A stretch of 64,000 nucleotides of DNA, from NCBI GenBank assembly GCA_964016885.1, contig OZ024758.1, positions 37,696,001-37,760,000 on the forward strand, in the 5' to 3' direction. The notes beneath the pieces are model-generated. The model was not told the origin of the DNA. It saw only the letters and a list, made by a program, of their open reading frames with translations, and ran no database searches. Origin of the DNA: Eledone cirrhosa. Its lineage: Eukaryota. The position numbers and the translations under genes were made by a program. Shown piece by piece: positions 1-12,000 of this stretch; position 1 is the first letter of the stretch; every line of letters starts with the position of its first letter.

Positions 1-3000
1 TATTAGCTGTCAGAAGGAACGCCACTGTTGGTGAGAATTCATTTAAGTTCATGGTATTAGCTGTCAGAAGTAACTCCACTGTTGGTGAGAATTCATTTAA
101 GTTCATGGTACTAGCTGTCAGAAGTAACTCCAATGTTGGTGAGAATTCATTTAAGTTCATGGTATTAGCTGTCAGAAGGAACTCCACTGTTGGTGAGAAT
201 TCATTTAAGTTCATGGTATTAGCTGTCAGAAGTAACTCCACTGTTGGTGAGAATTCATTTAAGTCATGGTATTAGCTGTCAGAAGTAACTCCATTGTTGG
301 TGAGAATTCAATTAAGTCATGGTACTAGCTGTCAGAAGTAACTCCAATGTTGGTGAGAATTCATTTAAGTTCATGTTATTAGCTGTCAGAAGGAACTCCA
401 CTGTTGGTGAGAATTCATTTAAGTTCATGGTATTAGCTGTCAGAAGTAACTCCACTGTTGGTGAGAATTCATTTAAGTTCATGGTATTAGCTGTCAGAAG
501 TAACTGCACCGTTGGTGAGAATTCATTTAAGTTCATGGTACTAGCTGTCAGAAGTAACTCCAATGTTGGTGAGAATTCATTTAAGTTCATGGTATTAGCT
601 GTCAGAAGTAACTCCACTGTTGGTGAGAATTCATTTAAGTTCATGGTATTAGCTGTCAGAAGTAACTCCACTGTTGGTGAGAATTCATTTAAGTTCATGG
701 TACTAGCTGTCAGAAGTAACTCCAATGTTGGTGAGAATTCATTTAAGTTCATGGTATTAGCTGTCAGAAGGAACTCCACTGTTGCTGAGAATTCATTTAA
801 GTTCATGGTATTAGCTGTCAGAAGTAACTCCACTGTTGGTGAGAATTCATTTAAGTTCATGGTACTAGCTGTCAGAAGTAACTCCACTGTTGGTGAGAAT
901 TCATTTAAGTTCATGGTATTAGCTGTCAGAAGTAACTCCACTGTTGGTGAGAATTCATTTAAGTTCATGGTATTAGCTGACAGAAGTCACTCCACTGTTG
1001 GTGAGAATTCATTTAAGTTCATGGTACTAGCTGTCAGAAGTAACTCCAATGTTGGTGAGAATTCATTTAAGTTCATGGTACTAGCTGTCAGAAGTAACTC
1101 CACTGTTGGTGAAAATTCATTTAAGTTCATGGTATTAGTTTGTCAGAAGTAACTCCACTGTTGGTGAGAATTCATTTAAGTCATGGTATTAGTTGTCAGA
1201 AGTAACTCCAATGTTGGTGAGAATTCATTTAAGTTCATGGTATTAGCTGTCAGAAGGAACTCCACTGTTGGTGAGAATTCATTTAAGTTCATGGTATTAG
1301 CTGTCAGAAGGAACTCCAATGTTGGTGAGAATTCATTTAAGTCATGGTACTAGCTGTCAGAACTAACTCCAATGTTGGTGAGAATTCATTTAAGTCATGG
1401 TACTAGCTGTCAGAAGTAACTCCAATGTTGGTGAGAATTCATTTAAGTTCATGGTATTAGCTGTCAGAAGGAACTCCACTGTTGGTGAGAATTCATTTAA
1501 GTTCATGGTATTAGCTGTCAGAAGTAACTCCACTGTTGGTGAGAATTCATTTAAGTTCATGGTATTAGCTGTCAGAAGTAACTCCACTGTTGGTGAGAAT
1601 TCATTTAAGTTCATGGTACTAGCTGTCAGAAGTAACTCCAATGTTGGTGAGAATTCATTTAAGTTCATGGTATTAGCTGTCAGAAGTAACTCCACTGTTG
1701 GTGAGAATTCAGTTAAGTCATGGTATTAGCTGTCAGAAGTAACTCCAATGTTGGTGAGAATTCATTTAAGTTCATGGTATTAGCTGTCAGAAGTAACTCC
1801 ACTGTTGGTGAGAAATCATTTAAGTTCATGGTATTAGCTGTCAGAAGTAACTCCACTGTTGGTGAGAATTCATTTAAGTTCATGGTACTGGCTGTCAGAA
1901 GTAACTCCACTGTTGGTGAGAATTCATTTAAGTTCATGGTATTAGTTTGTCAGAAGTAACTCCACTGTTGGTGAGAATTCATTTAAGTCATGGTATTAGT
2001 TGTCAGAAGTAACTCCAATGTTGGTGAGAATTCATTTAAGTTCATGGTACTAGCTGTCAGAAGTAAATCCACTGTTGGTGAGAATTCATTTAAGTTCATG
2101 GTATTAGCTGTCAGAAGTAACTCCACTGTTGGTGAGAATTCATTTAAGTCATGGTATTAGCTGTCAGAAGTAACTCCAATGTTGGTGAGAATTCATTTAA
2201 GTCATGGTACTAGCTGTCAGAAGTAACTCCAATGTTGGTGAGAATTCATTTAAGTTCATGGTATTAGCTGTCAGAAGTAACTCCACTGTTGGTGAGAATT
2301 CATTTAAGTTCATGGTATTAGCTGTCAGAAGGAACTCCAATGTTGGTGAGAATTCATTTAAGTCATGGTACTAGCTGTCAGAAGTAACTCCACTGTTGGT
2401 GAGAATTCATTTAAGTTCATGGTATTAGCTGTCAGAAGGAACGCCACTGTTGGTGAGAATTCATTTAAGTTCATGGTATTAGCTGTCAGAAGTAACTCCA
2501 CTGTTGGTGAGAATTCATTTAAGTTCATGGTACTAGCTGTCAGAAGTAACTCCAATGTTGGTGAGAATTCATTTAAGTTCATGGTATTAGCTGTCAGAAG
2601 GAACTCCACTGTTGCTGAGAATTCATTTAAGTTCATGGTACTAGCTGTCAGAAGTAACTCCACTGTTGGTGAGAATTCATTTAAGTTCATGGTATTAGCT
2701 GTCAGAAGTCACTCCAATGTTGGTGAGAATTCATTTAGGTTCATGGTATTAGCTGTCAGAAGTCACTCCACTGTTGGTGAGAATTCATTTAAGTTCATGG
2801 TACTAGCTGGCAGAAGTAACCCCAATGTTGGTGAGAATTCATTTAAGTTCATGGTATTAGCTGTCAGAAGTCACTCCAATGTTGGTGAGAATTCATTTAA
2901 GTTCATGGTATTAGCAGTCAGAAGTAACTCCACTGTTGGTGAGAATTCATTTATGTTCATGGTATTAGTTTGTCAGAAGTAACTCCACTGTTGGTGAGAA

Positions 3001-6000
3001 TTCATTTAAGTCATGGTATTAGTTGTCAGAAGTAACTCCAATGTTGGTGAGAATTCATGTAAGTTCATGGTATTAGCTGTCAGAAGGAACTCCACTGTTG
3101 GTGAGAATTCATTTAAGTTCATGGTATTAGCTGTCAGAAGTAACTCCACTGTTGGTGAGAATTCATTTAAGTTCATGGTACTAGCTGTCAGAAGTAACTC
3201 CAATGTTGGTGAGAATTCATTTAAGTTCATGGTATTAGCTGTCAGAAGGAACTCCACTGTTGGTGAGAATTCATTTAAGTTCATGGTATTAGCTGTCAGA
3301 AGTAACTCCACTGTTGGTGAGAATTCATTTAAGTCATGGTATTAGCTGTCAGAAGTAACTCCATTGTTGGTGAGAATTCAATTAAGTCATGGTACTAGCT
3401 GTCAGAAGTAACTCCAATGTTGGTGAGAATTCATTTAAGTTCATGTTATTAGCTGTCAGAAGGAACTCCACTGTTGGTGAGAATTCATTTAAGTTCATGG
3501 TATTAGCTGTCAGAAGTAACTCCACTGTTGGTGAGAATTCATTTAAGTTCATGGTATTAGCTGTCAGAAGTAACTGCACCGTTGGTGAGAATTCATTTAA
3601 GTTCATGGTACTAGCTGTCAGAAGTAACTCCAATGTTGGTAAGAATTCATTTAAGTTCATGGTATTAGCTGTCAGAAGTAACTCCACTGTTGGTGAGAAT
3701 TCATTTAAGTTCATGGTATTAGCTGTCAGAAGTAACTCCACTGTTGGTGAGAATTCATTTAAGTTCATGGTACTAGCTGTCAGAAGTAACTCCAATGTTG
3801 GTGAGAATTCATTTAAGTTCATGGTATTAGCTGTCAGAAGGAACTCCACTGTTGGTGAGAATTCATTTAAGTTCATGGTATTAGCTGACAGAAGTCACTC
3901 CACTGTTGGTGAGAATTCATTTAAGTTCATGGTATTAGCTGTCAGAAGTCACTCCAATGTTGGTGAGAATTCATTTAGGTTCATGGTATTAGCTGTCAGA
4001 AGTCTCTCCACTGTTGGTGAGAATTCATTTAAGTTCATGGTACTAGCTGGCAGAAGTAACCCCAATGTTGGTGAGAATTCATTTAAGTTCATGGTATTAG
4101 CTGTCAGAAGTCACTCCAATGTTTGTGAGAATTCATTTAAGTTCATGGTATTAGCAGTCAGAAGTAACTCCACTGTTGGTGAGAATTCATTTATGTTCAT
4201 GGTATTAGTTTGTCAGAAGTAACTCCACTGTTGGTGAGAATTCATTTAAGTCATGGTATTAGTTGTCAGAAGTAACTCCAATGTTGGTGAGAATTCATGT
4301 AAGTTCATGGTATTAGCTGTCAGAAGGAACTCCACTGTTGGTGAGAATTCATTTAAGTTCATGGTATTAGCTGTCAGAAGGAACTCCAATGTTGGTGAGA
4401 ATTCATTTAAGTCATGGTACTAGCTGTCAGAAGTAACTCCACTGTTGGTGAGAATTCATTTAAGTTCATGGTATTAGCTGTCAGAAGGAACGCCACTGTT
4501 GGTGAGAATTCATTTAAGTTCATGGTATTAGCTGTCAGAAGTAACTCCACTGTTGGTGAGAATTCATTTAAGTTCATGGTACTAGCTGTCAGAAGTAACT
4601 CCAATGTTGGTGAGAATTCATTTAAGTTCATGGTATTAGCTGTCAGAAGGAACTCCACTGTTGGTGAGAATTCATTTAAGTTCATGGTATTAGCTGTCAG
4701 AAGTAACTCCACTGTTGGTGAGAATTCATTTAAGTCATGGTATTAGCTGTCAGAAGTAACTCCATTGTTGGTGAGAATTCAATTAAGTCATGGTACTAGC
4801 TGTCAGAAGTAACTCCAATGTTGGTGAGAATTCATTTAAGTTCATGTTATTAGCTGTCAGAAGGAACTCCACTGTTGGTGAGAATTCATTTAAGTTCATG
4901 GTATTAGCTGTCAGAAGTAACTCCACTGTTGGTGAGAATTCATTTAAGTTCATGGTATTAGCTGTCAGAAGTAACTGCACCGTTGGTGAGAATTCATTTA
5001 AGTTCATGGTACTAGCTGTCAGAAGTAACTCCAATGTTGGTGAGAATTCATTTAAGTTCATGGTATTAGCTGTCAGAAGTAACTCCACTGTTGGTGAGAA
5101 TTCATTTAAGTTCATGGTATTAGCTGTCAGAAGTAACTCCACTGTTGGTGAGAATTCATTTAAGTTCATGGTACTAGCTGTCAGAAGTAACTCCAATGTT
5201 GGTGAGAATTCATTTAAGTTCATGGTATTAGCTGTCAGAAGGAACTCCACTGTTGCTGAGAATTCATTTAAGTTCATGGTATTAGCTGTCAGAAGTAACT
5301 CCACTGTTGGTGAGAATTCATTTAAGTTCATGGTACTAGCTGTCAGAAGTAACTCCACTGTTGGTGAGAATTCATTTAAGTTCATGGTATTAGCTGTCAG
5401 AAGTAACTCCACTGTTGGTGAGAATTCATTTAAGTTCATGGTATTAGCTGACAGAAGTCACTCCACTGTTGGTGAGAATTCATTTAAGTTCATGGTACTA
5501 GCTGTCAGAAGTAACTCCAATGTTGGTGAGAATTCATTTAAGTTCATGGTACTAGCTGTCAGAAGTAACTCCACTGTTGGTGAAAATTCATTTAAGTTCA
5601 TGGTATTAGTTTGTCAGAAGTAACTCCACTGTTGGTGAGAATTCATTTAAGTCATGGTATTAGTTGTCAGAAGTAACTCCAATGTTGGTGAGAATTCATT
5701 TAAGTTCATGGTATTAGCTGTCAGAAGGAACTCCACTGTTGGTGAGAATTCATTTAAGTTCATGGTATTAGCTGTCAGAAGGAACTCCAATGTTGGTGAG
5801 AATTCATTTAAGTCATGGTACTAGCTGTCAGAACTAACTCCAATGTTGGTGAGAATTCATTTAAGTCATGGTACTAGCTGTCAGAAGTAACTCCAATGTT
5901 GGTGAGAATTCATTTAAGTTCATGGTATTAGCTGTCAGAAGGAACTCCACTGTTGGTGAGAATTCATTTAAGTTCATGGTATTAGCTGTCAGAAGTAACT

Positions 6001-7611
6001 CCACTGTTGGTGAGAATTCATTTAAGTTCATGGTATTAGCTGTCAGAAGTAACTCCACTGTTGGTGAGAATTCATTTAAGTTCATGGTACTAGCTGTCAG
6101 AAGTAACTCCAATGTTGGTGAGAATTCATTTAAGTTCATGGTATTAGCTGTCAGAAGTAACTCCACTGTTGGTGAGAATTCAGTTAAGTCATGGTATTAG
6201 CTGTCAGAAGTAACTCCAATGTTGGTGAGAATTCATTTAAGTTCATGGTATTAGCTGTCAGAAGTAACTCCACTGTTGGTGAGAAATCATTTAAGTTCAT
6301 GGTATTAGCTGTCAGAAGTAACTCCACTGTTGGTGAGAATTCATTTAAGTTCATGGTACTGGCTGTCAGAAGTAACTCCACTGTTGGTGAGAATTCATTT
6401 AAGTTCATGGTATTAGTTTGTCAGAAGTAACTCCACTGTTGGTGAGAATTCATTTAAGTCATGGTATTAGTTGTCAGAAGTAACTCCAATGTTGGTGAGA
6501 ATTCATTTAAGTTCATGGTACTAGCTGTCAGAAGTAAATCCACTGTTGGTGAGAATTCATTTAAGTTCATGGTATTAGCTGTCAGAAGTAACTCCACTGT
6601 TGGTGAGAATTCATTTAAGTCATGGTATTAGCTGTCAGAAGTAACTCCAATGTTGGTGAGAATTCATTTAAGTCATGGTACTAGCTGTCAGAAGTAACTC
6701 CAATGTTGGTGAGAATTCATTTAAGTTCATGGTATTAGCTGTCAGAAGTAACTCCACTGTTGGTGAGAATTCATTTAAGTTCATGGTATTAGCTGTCAGA
6801 AGGAACTCCAATGTTGGTGAGAATTCATTTAAGTCATGGTACTAGCTGTCAGAAGTAACTCCACTGTTGGTGAGAATTCATTTAAGTTCATGGTATTAGC
6901 TGTCAGAAGGAACGCCACTGTTGGTGAGAATTCATTTAAGTTCATGGTATTAGCTGTCAGAAGTAACTCCACTGTTGGTGAGAATTCATTTAAGTTCATG
7001 GTACTAGCTGTCAGAAGTAACTCCAATGTTGGTGAGAATTCATTTAAGTTCATGGTATTAGCTGTCAGAAGGAACTCCACTGTTGCTGAGAATTCATTTA
7101 AGTTCATGGTACTAGCTGTCAGAAGTAACTCCACTGTTGGTGAGAATTCATTTAAGTTCATGGTATTAGCTGTCAGAAGTCACTCCAATGTTGGTGAGAA
7201 TTCATTTAGGTTCATGGTATTAGCTGTCAGAAGTCACTCCACTGTTGGTGAGAATTCATTTAAGTTCATGGTACTAGCTGGCAGAAGTAACCCCAATGTT
7301 GGTGAGAATTCATTTAAGTTCATGGTATTAGCTGTCAGAAGTCACTCCAATGTTGGTGAGAATTCATTTAAGTTCATGGTATTAGCAGTCAGAAGTAACT
7401 CCACTGTTGGTGAGAATTCATTTATGTTCATGGTATTAGTTTGTCAGAAGTAACTCCACTGTTGGTGAGAATTCATTTAAGTCATGGTATTAGTTGTCAG
7501 AAGTAACTCCAATGTTGGTGAGAATTCATGTAAGTTCATGGTATTAGCTGTCAGAAGGAACTCCACTGTTGGTGAGAATTCATTTAAGTTCATGGTATTA
7601 GCTGTCAGAAG
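1..7611 (+). repeat. Higher-order duplication, offset 4,471 bp (83 monomers): 1-3140 repeated at 4472-7611
   Basis: ORF offsets 319/4790, 1397/5868, 1720/6191 and 2365/6836. Shared rare variants GAAAATTC (1111/5582), AGAACTAAC (1359/5830), GAGAAATC (1810/6281) and CTGGCTGTC (1888/6359). The left end may extend beyond the window. Confidence 0.9.
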
Positions 7612-9026
7612 GAACTCCAATGTTGGTGAGAATTCATTTAAGTCATGGTACTAGCTGTCAGAAGTAACTCCACTGTTGGTGAGAATTCATTTAAGTTCAT
7701 GGTATTAGCTGTCAGAAGGAACGCCACTGTTGGTGAGAATTCATTTAAGTTCATGGTATTAGCTGTCAGAAGTAACTCCACTGTTGGTGAGAATTCATTT
7801 AAGTTCATGGTACTAGCTGTCAGAAGTAACTCCAATGTTGGTGAGAATTCATTTAAGTTCATGGTATTAGCTGTCAGAAGGAACTCCACTGTTGGTGAGA
7901 ATTCATTTAAGTTCATGGTATTAGCTGTCAGAATTAACTCCACTGTTGGTGAGAATTCATTTAAGTCATGGTATTAGCTGTCAGAAGTAACTCCATTGTT
8001 GGTGAGAATTCAATTAAGTCATGGTACTAGCTGTCAGAAGTAACTCCAATGTTGGTGAGAATTCATTTAAGTTCATGTTATTAGCTGTCAGAAGGAACTC
8101 CACTGTTGGTGAGAATTCATTTAAGTTCATGGTATTAGCTGTCAGAAGTAACTCCACTGTTGGTGAGAATTCATTTAAGTTCATGGTATTAGCTGTCAGA
8201 AGTAACTGCACCGTTGGTGAGAATTCATTTAAGTTCATGGTACTAGCTGTCAGAAGTAACTCCAATGTTGGTGAGAATTCATTTAAGTTCATGGTATTAG
8301 CTGTCAGAAGTAACTCCACTGTTGGTGAGAATTCATTTAAGTTCATGGTATAACTGTCAGAAGTAACTCCACTGTTGGTGAGAATTCATTTAAGTTCATG
8401 GTACTAGCTGTCAGAAGTAACTCCAATGTTGGTGAGAATTCATTTAAGTTCATGGTATTAGCTGTCAGAAGGAACTCCACTGTTGCTGAGAATTCATTTA
8501 AGTTCATGGTATTAGCTGTCAGAAGTAACTCCACTGTTGGTGAGAATTCATTTAAGTTCATGGTACTAGCTGTCAGAAGTAACTCCACTGTTGGTGAGAA
8601 TTCATTTAAGTTCATGGTATTAGCTGTCAGAAGTAACTCCACTGTTGATGCGAATTCATTTAAGTTCATGGTATTAGCTGACAGAAGTCACTCCACTGTT
8701 GGTGAGAATTCATTTAAGTTCATGGTACTAGCTGTCAGAAGTAACTCCAATGTTGGTGAGAATTCATTTAAGTTCATGGTATTAGCTGTCAGAAGTAACT
8801 CCACTGTTGGTGAGAATTCATTTAAGTTCATGGTATTAGCTGTCAGAAGTAACTCCACTGTTGGTGAGAATTCATTTAAGTTCATGGTATTAGCTGTCAG
8901 AAGTAACTCCACTGTTGGTGAGAATTCATTTAAGTTCATGGTACTAGCTGTCAGAAGTAACTCCAATGTTGGTGAGAATTCATTTAAGTTCATGGTACTA
9001 GCTGTCAGAAGTAACTCCACTGTTGT

Positions 9027-12000
9027 TGAGAATTCATTTAAGTTCATGGTATTAGTTTGTCAGAAGTAACTCCACTGTTGGTGAGAATTCATTTAAGTCA
9101 TGGTATTAGTTGTCAGAAGTAACTCCAATGTTGGTGAGAATTCATTTAAGTTCATGGTATTAGCTGTCAGAAGGAACTCCACTGTTGGTGAGAATTCATT
9201 TAAGTTCATGGTATTAGCTGTCAGAAGGAACTCCAATGTTGGTGAGAATTCATTTAAGTCATGTTACTAGCTGTCAGAAGTAACTCCACTGTTGGTGAGA
9301 ATTCATTTAAGTTCATGGTATTAGTTTGTCAGAAGTAACTCCACTGTTGGTGAGAATTCATTTAAGTCATGGTATTAGTTGTCAGAAGTAACTCCAATGT
9401 TGGTGAGAATTCATTTAAGTTCATGGTACTAGCTGTCAGAAGGAACGCCACTGTTGGTGAGAATTCATTTAAGTTCATGGTATTAGCTGTCAGAAGTAAC
9501 TCCACTGTTGGTGAGAATTCATTTAAGTTCATGGTACTAGCTGTCAGAAGTAACTCCAATGTTGGTGAGAATTCATTTAAGTTCATGTTATTAGCTGTCA
9601 GAAGGAACTCCACTGTTGGTGAGAATTCATTTAAGTTCATGGTATTAGCTGTCAGAAGTAACTCCACTGTTGGTGAGAATTCATTTAAGTCATGGTATTA
9701 GCTGTCAGAAGTAACTCCATTGTTGGTGAGAATTCATTTAAGTCATGGTACTAGCTGTCAGAAGTAACTCCAATGTTGGTGAGAATTCATTTAAGTCATG
9801 GTACTAGCTGTCAGAAGTAACTCCAATGTTGGTGAGAATTCATTTAAGTTCATGGTATTAGCTGTCAGAAGGAACTCCACTGTTGGTGAGAATTCATTTA
9901 AGTTCATGGTATTAGCTGTCAGAAGTAACTCCACTGTTGGTGAGAATTCATTTAGTTCATGGTATTAGCTGTCAGAAGTAACTCCACTGTTGGTGAGAAT
10001 TCATTTAAGTTCATGGTACTAGCTGTCAGAAGTAACTCCAATGTTGGTGAGAATTCATTTAAGTTCATGGTATTAGCTGTCAGAAGTAACTCCACTGTTG
10101 GTGAGAATTCAGTTAAGTCATGGTATTAGCTGTCAGAAGTAACTCCAATGTTGGTGAGAATTCATTTAAGTTCATGGTATTAGCTGTCAGAAGTAACTCC
10201 ACTGTTGGTGAGAATTCATTTAAGTTCATGGTATTAGCTGTCAGAAGTAACTCCACTGTTGGTGAGAATTCATTTAAGTTCATGGTACTAGCTGTCAGAA
10301 GTAACTCCACTGTTGGTGAGAATTCATTTAAGTTCATGGTATTAGTTTGTCAGAAGTAACTCCACTGTTGGTGAGAATTCATTTAAGTCATGGTATTAGT
10401 TGTCAGAAGTAACTCCAATGTTGGTGAGAATTCATTTAAGTTCATGGTACTAGCTGTCAGAAGTAAATCCACTGTTGGTGAGAATTCATTTAAGTTCATG
10501 GTATTAGCTGTCAGAAGTAACTCCACTGTTGGTGAGAATTCATTTAAGTCATGGTATTAGCTGTCAGAAGTAACTCCAATGTTGGTGAGAATTCATTTAA
10601 GTCATGGTACTAGCTGTCAGAAGTAACTCCAATGTTGGTGAGAATTCATTTAAGTTCATTGTATTAGCTGTCAGAAGTAACTCCACTGTTGGTGAGAATT
10701 CGTTTAAGTTCATGGTATTAGCTGTCAGAAGTAACTCCACTGTTGGTGAGAATTCATTTAAGTTCATGGTATTAGCTGTCAGAAGTAACTCCACTGTTGG
10801 TGAGAATTCATTTAAGTTCATGGTATTAGCTGTCAGAAGTAACTCCACTGTTGGTGAGAATTCATTTAATTTCATGGTATTAGCTGTCAGAAGGAACTCC
10901 AATGTTGGTGAGAATTCATTTAAGTCATGGTACTAGCTGTCAGAAGTAACTCCACTGTTGGTGAGAATTCATTTAAGTTCATGGTATTAGCTGTCAGAAG
11001 GAACGCCACTGTTGGTGAGAATTCATTTAAGTTCATGGTATTAGCTGTCAGAAGTAACTCCACTGTTGGTGAGAATTCATTTAAGTTCATGGTACTAGCT
11101 GTCAGAAGTAACTCCAATGTTGGTGAGAATTCATTTAAGTTCATGGTATTAGCTGTCAGAAGGAACTCCACTGTTGCTGAGAATTCATTTAAGTTCATGG
11201 TATTAGCTGTCAGAAGTAACTCCACTGTTGGTGAGAATTCATTTAAGTTCATGGTACTAGCTGTCAGAAGTAACTCCACTGTTGGTGAGAATTCATTTAA
11301 GTTCATGGTATTAGCTGTCAGAAGTCACTCCAATGTTGGTGAGAATTCATTTAGGTTCATGGTATTAGCTGTCAGAAGTCACTCCACTGTTGGTGAGAAT
11401 TCATTTAAGTTCATGGTACTAGCTGGCAGAAGTAACCCCAATGTTGGTGAGAATTCATTTAAGTTCATGGTATTAGCTGTCAGAAGTCACTCCAATGTTG
11501 GTGAGAATTCATTTAAGTTCATGGTATTAGCTGTCAGAAGTAACTCCACTGTTGGTGAGAATTCATTTATGTTCATGGTATTAGTTTGTCAGAAGTAACT
11601 CCACTGTTGGTGAGAATTCATTTAAGTCATGGTATTAGTTGTCAGAAGTAACTCCAATGTTGGTGAGAATTCATTTAAGTTCATGGTATTAGCTGTCAGA
11701 AGGAACTCCACTGTTGGTGAGAATTCATTTAAGTTCATGGTATTAGCTGTCAGAAGGAACTCCAATGTTGGTGAGAATTCATTTAAGTCATGGTACTAGC
11801 TGTCAGAAGTAACTCCACTGTTGGTGAGAATTCATTTAAGTTCATGGTATTAGCTGTCAGAAGGAACGCCACTGTTGGTGAGAATTCATTTAAGTTCATG
11901 GTATTAGCTGTCAGAAGTAACTCCACTGTTGGTGAGAATTCATTTAAGTTCATGGTACTAGCTGTCAGAAGTAACTCCAATGTTGGTGAGAATTCATTTA

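Noticed and set aside
63-96. Internal sub-repeat (GTCAGAAGTAAC vs GTGAGAATTCAT, 8/12) and short dyads (CCAATGTTGG, GAATTC) in the monomer
   Set aside because: Too short and degenerate to separate from chance in AT-rich sequence. No convincing terminator, tRNA-like fold, telomeric repeat or CENP-B box (which needs CpGs that the consensus lacks).
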